Source of the DNA: an uncultured Candidatus Saccharibacteria bacterium
GTDB taxonomy: Bacteria; Patescibacteriota; UBA1384; XYA2-FULL-43-10; 1-14-0-10-43-13
DNA: 32,000 bases
Direction: 5' to 3'
Assembly: GCA_964543385.1 (NCBI GenBank)
Contig: CAZIYE010000001.1
Location: forward strand, 1 to 32,000
Made by a program: the position numbers and the translations under genes. Each line of letters begins with the position of its first letter. The stretch's first letter is position 1. The notes below the pieces were generated by a model. It saw nothing but the letters and a program-made list of their open reading frames with translations. It was not told where the DNA came from and made no database searches. Positions 1 to 8,931 of this stretch are shown here, in pieces.

Positions 1-2
1 AG

Positions 3-77
3 ATCATCAATGTAGATGACAAACTAAAATCCCTCAATCAGAAGATAGAGATGAGGAAAAGGGTAGAGGAAAGGTAA
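3..77 (+). CDS. C-terminal fragment of an upstream protein (…IINVDDKLKSLNQKIEMRKRVEER*)
   Basis: Open frame from the window edge to TAA at 75-77; charged, helix-like composition; followed by an RBS-led gene. Too short for a family call. Confidence 0.3.
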   Translation: MINVDDKLKSLNQKIEMRKRVEER

Positions 78-122
78 AAAATAATATATAATTTAAATAT
101 ACCAAATAAAGGAGGAGTTAAA

Positions 123-830
123 ATGAAGTTAAAAAGTAATGTAATATTGCTCACGATGATTTTGCTAGTTGTATCAGTATGCACATTTTCGGTGCATATA
201 GCCAAAGCAGCTGACAGTCTTTCTGTAGTGAATATATCTACAGCTGATAAGCCTGGGTACACGGTATATTGGCCAAAAGATAAGGGAATTGCCAAATTAG
301 AAAGAGCAAAAGAAAGCGGCAATTTTGAGCAGATCGCGGAAACTGATTTAAATTTTTATGCTGATTTTTCGGTCGAGAAAGGTATTAAATATATTTACAA
401 GGTAACATATGCTGGTAATGCGCTAACAGCTACAACATCGGATATATTAACAGGCAGACCAACAATATCCTCTATAAAAATTGAGAGTGGCGCCATAAGT
501 GCAGCTGAGGCTAGTGTTATTATTAACTTTAGAACGGACAGATTATCTAAAAATCAGATATTCTATGGCACAAGTATGAGTTATGAGAGTCAGACAGAAC
601 AAAGCGCAGACTTAAATCAATCTCATACTATTTTGATAGAAAAGCTAAAGCCAAACACAACCTATCACTTCAAGATAAGAACCTCAGACAAGACAGATAA
701 AAATAGCACAGAATCAGATGATCAGGTGTTCACCACACCAATTGCGCCTCCCGATCAGTCTCTTCTGGAAATAATAATACAAGCTCTTACCAGGGCGTTT
801 GCTGGTTTTGAAAAATGGCTTAAAAGTTAA
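123..830 (+). CDS. Secreted/anchored protein with fibronectin type III-like repeats
   Basis: GGAGG RBS upstream of ATG at 123; N-terminal signal/TM segment (VILLTMILLVVSVCTFSVHIAKAAD); 'KPNTTYHFKIRTSDKTDKNSTESDDQVFTTP' is typical of FN3 C-terminal strands. Confidence 0.7.
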   Translation: MKLKSNVILLTMILLVVSVCTFSVHIAKAADSLSVVNISTADKPGYTVYWPKDKGIAKLERAKESGNFEQIAETDLNFYADFSVEKGIKYIYKVTYAGNALTATTSDILTGRPTISSIKIESGAISAAEASVIINFRTDRLSKNQIFYGTSMSYESQTEQSADLNQSHTILIEKLKPNTTYHFKIRTSDKTDKNSTESDDQVFTTPIAPPDQSLLEIIIQALTRAFAGFEKWLKS

Positions 831-842
831 GTAGAGGGTACA

Positions 843-1667
843 ATGGACGGTTTGGGTAAAATATTAGGTGTCTCCGATAAAGCTACATATTTTTTTAGCA
901 ATCTCCAAATGATACTTAATTGGACTCTGATTTTGGATGTTCTTATAGTTTCAGTTTTATTCTATTGGGCTTATCTTTTCTTGCACGAGACAAAGGCAAT
1001 GAGAATTTTATATGGCTTATTTATTCTGGTTGCATTAACAGCAATTGGTTATTTATTCAATTTACTACTATTGAACTGGATACTAAGATATCTGATGGCA
1101 ATGCTTGTGGTTGCAATACCAATTGTTTTTCAGCCGGAGCTCAGAGCTGCTCTTGAAAAGCTCGGGCGCACTAAATTCTTGAGTGATTTAACTTTCTCCA
1201 AGGAAAGTAATTCTAGAATAATTGATGAAATAGCAAACGCAGTTACGGATTTGGCTAAACAAAAGATTGGTTGTCTAATTGTATTACAGCGCCAAACAGG
1301 CTTGAGGGAATATATTGAAACTGGCATAAAATTAGAAGCCCAAGTTTCGGGGGCGCTACTATCTTCAATATTTTTTCCAAGATCACCACTTCACGATGGG
1401 GCTGTAATATTGTCCGGAGATAAAATAGTTTCCGCAAAGTCTATTTTGCCCGTATCTGGGGCATCTATTAATCCTGGCTTAGGAACTAGGCACCGGGCAG
1501 GACTCGGTGTAACAGAGGGTTCGGATGCGGTTTCCATCATCGTTTCCGAGGAGACTGGTTCTCTATCTATAGCAGTTGGAGGAAAACTAGAAAGAAGAAT
1601 TTCCGAGGAACGCCTGCGTAGTCGGTTATCATATTTGCTTAGAAGCAGCATAAAGGCTCATGATTAA
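843..1667 (+). CDS. cdaA: Membrane diadenylate cyclase (c-di-AMP synthase), DAC domain
   Basis: N-terminal TM helices, then DAC motifs 'FPRSPLHDGAVIL' and 'GTRHRAGLGVTEGSDAVSIIVSEETG'. Confidence 0.95.
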   Translation: MDGLGKILGVSDKATYFFSNLQMILNWTLILDVLIVSVLFYWAYLFLHETKAMRILYGLFILVALTAIGYLFNLLLLNWILRYLMAMLVVAIPIVFQPELRAALEKLGRTKFLSDLTFSKESNSRIIDEIANAVTDLAKQKIGCLIVLQRQTGLREYIETGIKLEAQVSGALLSSIFFPRSPLHDGAVILSGDKIVSAKSILPVSGASINPGLGTRHRAGLGVTEGSDAVSIIVSEETGSLSIAVGGKLERRISEERLRSRLSYLLRSSIKAHD

Positions 1668-1669
1668 AG

Positions 1670-2878
1670 ATGTATAAATTTCTAACAAAAAATCTAGCAA
1701 TCAAAATTATCTGTCTTGTTGCGGCAGCAAGCCTTTGGATTTATGTAGCAACTGCTCAAAATAGCGTGGCAAAATTTCCTGGCTCAGTAAAGATTAAAGT
1801 ATTCAATACCCAGACAAGTCTCGTTGCCGTCTATGATGTCAAAGAAGTCGAAATAAAAGTCATGACTGATTCTGCTAATTGGCGCAAGTTATCAGCTGAG
1901 TCATTTTCTGCTTACGTTGATTTGTCCAGTTATACGGCAGGAACCTATGAAGTGCCTATCAATGTAGTCTCTTCTGTATCAGGAGTGCAGGTAGTCGAAA
2001 AAAAACCAGATAAGATACTTATTAGTCTAGAACCAGTTCTAAGCAAAGAGGTTCCTATTCTTAAAAAAATAGAGGGCAATGCTGCTGAGGGGATGACAGC
2101 TGGAATAGTTACTTTTAATCCAGACAAGGCAGTTATTCGTGGAGCAAAAAGTCTTGTAGAAAACATTCAAGAGGCAACAGCCAAAGTAGCCCTTAGCGGC
2201 GAATCAACGAGTTTTAGTAAGAAAATTACGCTCTCTATTTCTGGTGTAGAGGAATCAGATGGGGCTGTGGAGATAACCCCCTCAGAGGTAACTACAGAAG
2301 TGTCTATTATCAAAGGAGCTAACATCAAATCTGTTGGTGTAAAACCAAGTGTTAAGGGATCGCCCAAAACTAATTATTTTATTTCTGATATTGTTGTTAA
2401 TCCAAACGTCGTTGACGTTACTGGCTCGACTGTTTCTATCTCCGATATAAAATTTTTAGAAACCACTGTAGTCGATATTGGTAATGCTACGGCGGATATT
2501 ACCAAAGATGTTCTCCTAAAGCTTCCTAGTGGTGTTTCACTACTGGATCCCTCAACCTCAAGTGTTCAAGTGGAGATAAAAATATCGTCTATAAGTGTTA
2601 CTAGGGATATTGTTACTAGTAGTTTCAAACATATTAATAATAATCTTGACGTTGCATCAATAAATCCGGGAGAAGTGACTATTAAATGTTCCGGTAACTT
2701 AGCCTTATTTGATAACTTAGATAAATCGTCAGTATCCGTGCTCCTAAATTTTGAAAATAAGATTCCGAATACCTTTGGCGAAATCTACTTTGATCTGCTG
2801 CCTAGCGATATTAGTGTTCCCTCTGGTATGGAAATCATTGGTGTTACAACGAAAAATATTACCGCCAGGATTAGATAA
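1670..2878 (+). CDS. cdaR: YbbR-domain protein (CdaR-like regulator of diadenylate cyclase)
   Basis: Directly downstream of cdaA; N-terminal 'NLAIKIICLVAAASLWIYV' TM segment and repeated YbbR-like beta-rich segments (VRGAKSLVENIQEATAKVALSG; KGSPKTNYFISDIVVNPNVVDVTG). Confidence 0.85.
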   Translation: MYKFLTKNLAIKIICLVAAASLWIYVATAQNSVAKFPGSVKIKVFNTQTSLVAVYDVKEVEIKVMTDSANWRKLSAESFSAYVDLSSYTAGTYEVPINVVSSVSGVQVVEKKPDKILISLEPVLSKEVPILKKIEGNAAEGMTAGIVTFNPDKAVIRGAKSLVENIQEATAKVALSGESTSFSKKITLSISGVEESDGAVEITPSEVTTEVSIIKGANIKSVGVKPSVKGSPKTNYFISDIVVNPNVVDVTGSTVSISDIKFLETTVVDIGNATADITKDVLLKLPSGVSLLDPSTSSVQVEIKISSISVTRDIVTSSFKHINNNLDVASINPGEVTIKCSGNLALFDNLDKSSVSVLLNFENKIPNTFGEIYFDLLPSDISVPSGMEIIGVTTKNITARIR

Positions 2879-2914
2879 AAAGCTAAAATGTTCCCTGGAT
2901 AGTATCTTTTAGGC

Positions 2915-2943
2915 TTGACTTATAAACCGCTTACGTTTAAAAT
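2915..2943 (+). promoter_or_regulatory. Sigma70-type promoter for the LysM/M23 peptidase gene
   Basis: TTGACT (2915-2920), 17-nt spacer, TAAAAT (2938-2943). Confidence 0.65.
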
Positions 2944-2979
2944 ATTAAACTGTATTGTGAAAAGCAATACAAAAACACT

Positions 2980-4107
2980 ATGGCATTATTATCAGATTTA
3001 GAACCTCCGTCGTCTACAAAGACACAGGAGACAAAAAATCAAAACAATTTAATAGCAAACAAGTTTTATAAACTAACGAGTAAGTTTTCCTCTTTATGGA
3101 CCATGTTAGTTTTTTTTGTTGGCCAATCCAGAAATTTTCCAGCATTTGTTGGTAATATATACAAGCAGAATTCAAAATTTCTTCCTCATTTTGTAATAGT
3201 ATTTCTAGTGCTAGTAGTCGCTACTTCAAATGTTGCAGAATCGGCAAGGGCAAAGGCTCTAACGTTTGACCTCGTGTCTCCGAATCCTGACGAAGAGTTT
3301 TCGGTTGCAACTGATGTGGACAGATTTACTCCACTAGTGGAGAATGATCCTATCTTACTTGATAAGTATATATTAGCACAGATAAACTATGATGGATTCG
3401 CTCAAAATGTTGCATCAATAAATACCCAGTTAACGGCTAGGGTAGAGCCTTTGCCTGATAATACTAAGGAAGCGGTATCTTATATTGTTAAAGCTGGTGA
3501 TTCACTTTCTCAGATAGCAGCAAATTTTGGGGTCAAGTTAGTCGCAGTTAAGTATCTAAATGATATTGAAGGTGATGTTATTAAACCTGGTGCTAAAATT
3601 AAAATTCCATCAAAGGCGTATACTGTTTCAGCGTCAGAAATAGCAAAGAAAGAGCAAGCAAAAAATATTAAACTGGCAAAATCCAATCGTAATACTGTGT
3701 CTAGATCAACCAGCAGAAGCAGTTATGCAGGAGGATATCAGGGAGATGTTAGCATCGGTCTCTCAACGCCACTCTCATACTATCAATATATATCGCGTGG
3801 CGTGAGCCGATATCATAATGGTATTGATTATGCTACAGGTGTAGGGACTCCTGTTATTGCTGCTGCAAATGGAGTAGTTATAGCCACTTCTACTGGCTGG
3901 TCTGGTGGATATGGCAATCAGATAGTAGTATCGCATGGAAACGGTGTTGCAACCAGATACGCTCATTTAAACTCAGTAAAAGTCTCCTCTGGACAAACGG
4001 TAGTGCAAGGGCAACTGATTGGCTATTCTGGAAATAGCGGTAATTCTACTGGACCTCATCTTCATTTTGAAAAGATTGTTAATGGTCGTACAGTAAACCC
4101 GTTCTAA
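2980..4107 (+). CDS. Membrane-anchored LysM domain + M23 family metallopeptidase (murein hydrolase)
   Basis: TM segment FVIVFLVLVVATSNVAESA; LysM 'SYIVKAGDSLSQIAANFGVKLVAVKYLNDI…PGAKIKIPS'; M23 motifs 'HNGIDYATGVGTPVIAAANGVV' and 'GPHLHFEKIVNG'. Confidence 0.93.
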   Translation: MALLSDLEPPSSTKTQETKNQNNLIANKFYKLTSKFSSLWTMLVFFVGQSRNFPAFVGNIYKQNSKFLPHFVIVFLVLVVATSNVAESARAKALTFDLVSPNPDEEFSVATDVDRFTPLVENDPILLDKYILAQINYDGFAQNVASINTQLTARVEPLPDNTKEAVSYIVKAGDSLSQIAANFGVKLVAVKYLNDIEGDVIKPGAKIKIPSKAYTVSASEIAKKEQAKNIKLAKSNRNTVSRSTSRSSYAGGYQGDVSIGLSTPLSYYQYISRGVSRYHNGIDYATGVGTPVIAAANGVVIATSTGWSGGYGNQIVVSHGNGVATRYAHLNSVKVSSGQTVVQGQLIGYSGNSGNSTGPHLHFEKIVNGRTVNPF

Positions 4108-4140
4108 GCTCTATCACTAACTATCACTAGGTCTCTGGCG

Positions 4141-4167
4141 TTGTCAGGGATTTTGTGTTACTATAAT
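4141..4167 (+). promoter_or_regulatory. Possible promoter for obg
   Basis: TTGTCA (4141-4146), 15-nt spacer (short), TATAAT (4162-4167). Confidence 0.35.
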
Positions 4168-4219
4168 ATTTGATTAACTAAATCTTTCCATATGGTGTCT
4201 GCCACCTTGAAGCTAAATT

Positions 4220-5194
4220 ATGTTTATTGACGAAGTAGAAATTTATGTTAAGGCTGGAAACGGTGGAAACGGTGCCGTCTCTTTTCGTCGTGAAAAGTAT
4301 ATACCAAATGGTGGACCAGACGGTGGTGACGGTGCCAAGGGCGGAGACATCGTCTTCGAAGTTGATAGCAGAGTCCACGGTCTTTCCACATATACCTGTC
4401 GGAAGCGATTTTTAGCCAAGAATGGCCAAAATGGTATGGGCAGTAATAAATCAGGGAAAAATGCAGAAAATTTAGTACTGAAAGTGCCAGCAGGCACAGA
4501 GATCTATGATCACGAAAAGTTGGTGGTTGATCTTACAGAGGAGGGGCAAGTCTATCTCATGGCAAAAGGTGGAAAGGGAGGATGGGGCAATCAACATTTT
4601 GCAACCAGTATAAAGCAGGCACCTAAGTGGGCTAAAGACGGTATGAAGGGGGAGTCGCACAAACTTCGGTTGGTGCTAAAAACCATCGCAGCTGTTGGGC
4701 TAATCGGTCTCCCAAATGCTGGCAAATCAACCTTGCTGTCTGTTTTAACAAACGCTAAACCAAAGATCGCCGATTATCCATTTACGACGCTAGAACCAAA
4801 TTTGGGCACATATGTAGATAAGGACTCCAGAATCATCATCGCTGACATTCCCGGGCTAATTGAGGGTGCTGCAGAGGGTAAGGGACTCGGCGATAAATTC
4901 CTAAAGCACATAGAGCGAACCAAGATTGTTCTTCATCTGATTGACGCCAGCTCATTAGATGTCAAAAGTGATTATAATATTATTAGAGCTGAGCTCAAGG
5001 CATTTTCTAAAGAATTAATGAAAAAGAAACAGATTGTAGTCTTGAATAAGATAGAGCTTCTATGTGAAGATATTGTCGCTCAGAAAATGAAAGAATTGAA
5101 ATCTCTAAAATCGAAACCAGTAGCGATATCAGCCTCAACACATAAAGGCCTTGATAAATTAATGCAAATAGTCAAGAATACTCTTGTCGATTAG
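4220..5194 (+). CDS. obg: Obg/CgtA GTPase
   Basis: Glycine-rich Obg fold (MFIDEVEIYVKAGNGGNGAVSFRREKYIPNGGPDGGDGAKGGD), P-loop GLPNAGKSTL, DIPGLIEGAAEGKGLG; no extended C-terminal domain. Confidence 0.95.
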   Translation: MFIDEVEIYVKAGNGGNGAVSFRREKYIPNGGPDGGDGAKGGDIVFEVDSRVHGLSTYTCRKRFLAKNGQNGMGSNKSGKNAENLVLKVPAGTEIYDHEKLVVDLTEEGQVYLMAKGGKGGWGNQHFATSIKQAPKWAKDGMKGESHKLRLVLKTIAAVGLIGLPNAGKSTLLSVLTNAKPKIADYPFTTLEPNLGTYVDKDSRIIIADIPGLIEGAAEGKGLGDKFLKHIERTKIVLHLIDASSLDVKSDYNIIRAELKAFSKELMKKKQIVVLNKIELLCEDIVAQKMKELKSLKSKPVAISASTHKGLDKLMQIVKNTLVD

Positions 5195-5248
5195 AAAAAT
5201 ACACTTATATTTGGTCTCTTGTGTGGAAATCTACTGTAAAATTACCAA

Positions 5249-5277
5249 TTGACACCATACTAGTACTTATCTATACT
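5249..5277 (+). promoter_or_regulatory. Promoter P1 upstream of rpoB
   Basis: TTGACA (5249-5254), 17 nt, TATACT (5272-5277). Confidence 0.8.
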
Positions 5278-5312
5278 GTAACTAATCCAATGGAAAATGA
5301 GGTATACTTGTG

Positions 5313-5341
5313 TTGACAAGTGAATTCTCGTGTGCTATTAT
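5313..5341 (+). promoter_or_regulatory. Promoter P2 upstream of rpoB (tandem)
   Basis: TTGACA (5313-5318), 17 nt, TATTAT (5336-5341). Confidence 0.8.
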
Positions 5342-5490
5342 TTATTCTAATAGAATTATTTTTAGAGTTGGAAAAAAAGTTGGGTTTCAGTTGTACTCTA
5401 AACAGAAGATAGTTATTATATTTCCCCGAAAGCAATCGGGTGAATTTTTGTGGTTAATTTAATAAATATAAATTTATATTAAGGAGAGCG

Positions 5491-8400
5491 ATGGCAACTA
5501 GTATGAAAAACGTCACTACTCGTATTTTACCTCGACAGGAAAGTCCCTTTGAAAAGTTACCAAATCTCATAGAGATTCAAACTAAATCTTATGAATGGTT
5601 TTTCAAAGAAGGCTTAAGAGAGCTTCTGGACGAAATCTCTCCGGTTGAAGATTTTACCAGCGAACTTTACTCGCTCACTTTTGGCGATTATTATCTTGAT
5701 AAACCTCGAATCGATGAAAAAACCGCTCGAGAAAAGAATCTTACTTTCAAGGCACCGCTGCGAGTTAAAGTGTCTCTTCTAAATAAACAGACAAAAGAGA
5801 TTAAAGAGGGCGAGGTTTTCCTCGGTGATTTCCCTATCATGACTCGTTGCGGAACTTTTATTATAAACGGTGTTGAGCGTTGTGTAGTTTCTCAGATAGT
5901 TAGATCATACGGTGTACTCTTTACTGCCGAAAGAATCAACGACAAAAGCTACTTTGGTGCCAAGGTCATTCCAAATAGAGGTGCATGGCTTGAGCTTGAG
6001 AGCAACTCTAAAGGCGTCATCACTGTCAAGGTTGATCGCAAAAGAAGAATCCCCGTCACTACATTTTTAAGAGCACTTGGAGTTGGTACTGATGAGCAGA
6101 TAAAGGCATTATTTACCGACGTCGATACTGAGGAACTAAAATTCATCGATGCAACTCTTGATAAAGATCCCGCCAAGAGTTACGAAGAAGGTCTTGTTGA
6201 AACATATAAGAGAATCCGTCCTGGAGATCTCGCTACACCAGAGTCAGCAAAATCTTTCATCGAGATGATGCTTTATAGTCCAAAAAGGTATGATTTAGGA
6301 CGTGTTGGCCGATACAAATTGAATCAACGTCTAGGTTTGAAGATTGAAAATACTGTTGAAAATAGAATTTTCCGCAAAGAAGACTTGGTTGAAATAATTA
6401 AAGAAATTATTCGTCTAAACAATACTCCTGGCGCCAAAGCAGATGATACCGATGCGTTGAAAAATAGAAGAATTAAGGCTGTGGGCGAATCTGTCCAAGG
6501 TCGAATTCGTGTTGGACTTCTTAGAGTAGAAAGAATCATCAAAGACAGAATGAGTGTTCTTGATCCTGTTGATATTGCCCCACAAGCCTTGGTCAATTCA
6601 AGACCAGTGGTAGCTGCTCTCCAAGAGTTTTTCTCTTCATCTCAACTTTCTCAGTTCATGAATCAGACTAATCCATTATCGGAGCTTGAGCACAAAAGAA
6701 CTCTTTCTGCGACAGGTCCAGGTGGTCTATCCAGAGAAAGAGCCGGTTTTGAAGTTCGAGACGTTCATGAATCGCACTACGGACGTATTTGTCCTATTGA
6801 ATCCCCTGAAGGTCCAAACATCGGTTTGGTAAGTTATATGGCTTCATATGCCAGAATAAATGACTACGGATTTATGGAAACACCATACCGCAAGGTTAAG
6901 ATTGAAAATGGTAAGGCAAAAGTTACTGACGATGTTGTATATCTTGATGCCGGAACTGAAGAAAAAGCTATAATTGCACCTGCTTCAGTAGAAATTGACG
7001 AGAAAGGCTATATTAAGGGAGATAGAGTTATTGTTCGTCGCTTTGGCCATCCTGATATTGAATCAGCTTCGCTTGTTGAATTTATGGATGTATCGCCAAG
7101 ACAAATTGTATCTATTGCTACTTCTCTTATTCCTTTCGTTGAGCATGATGACGGTGCTAGGGCAATGATGGGCTCGAACATGCAACGCCAAGCTGTACCA
7201 CTAATCACTCCAGATTCACCTATTGTTGGTACTGGTATGGAAAAAGCAGCAGCTCATTATTCTGGTCAGATAATTCTTGCGAAAAATAGTGGAACTGTTA
7301 GCCATGTTTCGTCAAGGTTGATCCGTGTCAAGGGCGAAAAAGGTGAGGAAGACGAATACTATCTTGAGAAATTTGCTCGTTCAAATCAAGGTACTTTAAT
7401 CAACCAACGCCCAGTTGTTAATGTTGGAGACGTTGTCAAAGCTGACGATGTTATCGCTGACTCATCTGCAACTGATAATGGTGAAATTGCATTAGGACAG
7501 AATCTGCTAGTTGCATTTATGCCATGGGGCGGCTCAAACTTTGAAGACGCTATTATTATTTCTGATCGTTTAGTAAAAGAACATACATTATCCTCCGTTC
7601 ATATTGAGCAATACTCTATCGAAGTTCGAGATACAAAGCTTGGACCTGAAGTATTAACTCGCGATATTCCAAATGTTTCCGAAGAAGCACTATCTAATCT
7701 GGATGAACTAGGAATTATAAGGATCGGCGCAGAGGTTCAATCTGGCGACATTCTCACAGGTAAGATTTCACCAAAAGGTGAAACGGAGCTTTCTAGTGAA
7801 GAGAAACTTCTTCGCGCTATCTTTGGCGAAAAAGCTAAGGATGTCCGTGACTCATCTCTAAGATTACCTCATGGTGAATACGGCAAAGTAGTGAATGTTA
7901 AGATCTTCTCAAAAGAAACTGGCGACGAATTACCTACCGGTGTATATCAAATGGTTGAAGTTTCAGTTGCTCAATTGAGAAAAATATCAGTCGGTGATAA
8001 GTTGGCTGGTCGACATGGTAACAAAGGTGTTATATCAGTTATTCTTCCACAAGAAGACATGCCCTTCATGCCGGACGGTCGTCCTGTAGACGTAGTTCTA
8101 AACCCTCTTGGCGTAATCTCACGTATGAATGTTGGTCAGATATTAGAAACACATCTTGGTCTGGCTGCTATGCATGGTGGCTACAAGATCGCAACCCCAG
8201 TATTTGAAGGAATTCAAATTGAAGAGATCAAAGAAAGATTGAAAAAAGAAGGTCTTCCAGAGGATGGTAAAATCCAGCTTATTGATGGCCGAACAGGCGA
8301 TACTTTTGATCGAAAAACTACTGTTGGAATAATGTATATTCTAAAACTTCACCATCTAGTTGATGACAAGATGCACGCCAGAAGTGTCGGTCCATACTCA

Positions 8401-8874
8401 ATGATCACTCAACAGCCTCTTGGCGGTAAAGCTCAATTTGGTGGACAGAGATTTGGTGAGATGGAAGTTTGGGCACTTGAAGCATATGGTGCCGCTCATA
8501 CACTTCAGGAAATGCTAACTATTAAATCTGATGATATTGTGGGTCGTAGCAAAATCTACGAAGCAATTATCAAGGGTGAAAAGATTCAAAAACCAGTTAT
8601 CCCAGAGGCATTTAATGTTATGGTTAAAGAGCTTCAGAGCTTATGTCTTGATGTTGATCTGATTTCTACCCAGGAAGAAGCATTGGCAATTGAAGACAAA
8701 CCAGTCGAAAAACCAGAAGAAGTAGCTGGCCCAGTTGCTCCTACCGAATACGAAGAGGTCGACGATGAAAACGAATATGATGAAGAGTTAGACGAAAAAC
8801 TAACAGAAATCGCTGCTGAGCAAACTTCCGAGGAAGATGATGTTGAGGCAGATCTGGACGAGATTAAGGAGTAA
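5491..8874 (+). CDS. rpoB: DNA-directed RNA polymerase subunit beta
   Basis: AAGGAG RBS; hallmark motifs such as [65 protein letters not shown] and LVGRHGNKG-like [14 protein letters not shown]. Confidence 0.99.
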   Translation: MATSMKNVTTRILPRQESPFEKLPNLIEIQTKSYEWFFKEGLRELLDEISPVEDFTSELYSLTFGDYYLDKPRIDEKTAREKNLTFKAPLRVKVSLLNKQTKEIKEGEVFLGDFPIMTRCGTFIINGVERCVVSQIVRSYGVLFTAERINDKSYFGAKVIPNRGAWLELESNSKGVITVKVDRKRRIPVTTFLRALGVGTDEQIKALFTDVDTEELKFIDATLDKDPAKSYEEGLVETYKRIRPGDLATPESAKSFIEMMLYSPKRYDLGRVGRYKLNQRLGLKIENTVENRIFRKEDLVEIIKEIIRLNNTPGAKADDTDALKNRRIKAVGESVQGRIRVGLLRVERIIKDRMSVLDPVDIAPQALVNSRPVVAALQEFFSSSQLSQFMNQTNPLSELEHKRTLSATGPGGLSRERAGFEVRDVHESHYGRICPIESPEGPNIGLVSYMASYARINDYGFMETPYRKVKIENGKAKVTDDVVYLDAGTEEKAIIAPASVEIDEKGYIKGDRVIVRRFGHPDIESASLVEFMDVSPRQIVSIATSLIPFVEHDDGARAMMGSNMQRQAVPLITPDSPIVGTGMEKAAAHYSGQIILAKNSGTVSHVSSRLIRVKGEKGEEDEYYLEKFARSNQGTLINQRPVVNVGDVVKADDVIADSSATDNGEIALGQNLLVAFMPWGGSNFEDAIIISDRLVKEHTLSSVHIEQYSIEVRDTKLGPEVLTRDIPNVSEEALSNLDELGIIRIGAEVQSGDILTGKISPKGETELSSEEKLLRAIFGEKAKDVRDSSLRLPHGEYGKVVNVKIFSKETGDELPTGVYQMVEVSVAQLRKISVGDKLAGRHGNKGVISVILPQEDMPFMPDGRPVDVVLNPLGVISRMNVGQILETHLGLAAMHGGYKIATPVFEGIQIEEIKERLKKEGLPEDGKIQLIDGRTGDTFDRKTTVGIMYILKLHHLVDDKMHARSVGPYSMITQQPLGGKAQFGGQRFGEMEVWALEAYGAAHTLQEMLTIKSDDIVGRSKIYEAIIKGEKIQKPVIPEAFNVMVKELQSLCLDVDLISTQEEALAIEDKPVEKPEEVAGPVAPTEYEEVDDENEYDEELDEKLTEIAAEQTSEEDDVEADLDEIKE

Positions 8875-8931
8875 TTATTCATTAATTTTAAATTTTAAAT
8901 TTACAATTGTGAATTAATAATAAGGATATAT

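Noticed and set aside
2880-2916. Imperfect hairpin AAGCTAAAA…TTTTAGGCTT after the ybbR gene
   Set aside because: The stem is AT-rich with a bulge, the loop is 18 nt, and there is no downstream T-tract; weak as a terminator.
4111-4130. Tandem CTATCACTAA CTATCACTAG between the M23 gene and obg
   Set aside because: Only two 10-nt units and no dyad symmetry or partner elsewhere; most likely chance in AT-rich DNA.
8875-8931. AT-rich partial dyad between rpoB and rpoC (ATTAATT…AATTAAT)
   Set aside because: Only a short A/T stem in a short intergenic spacer; no evidence for function.
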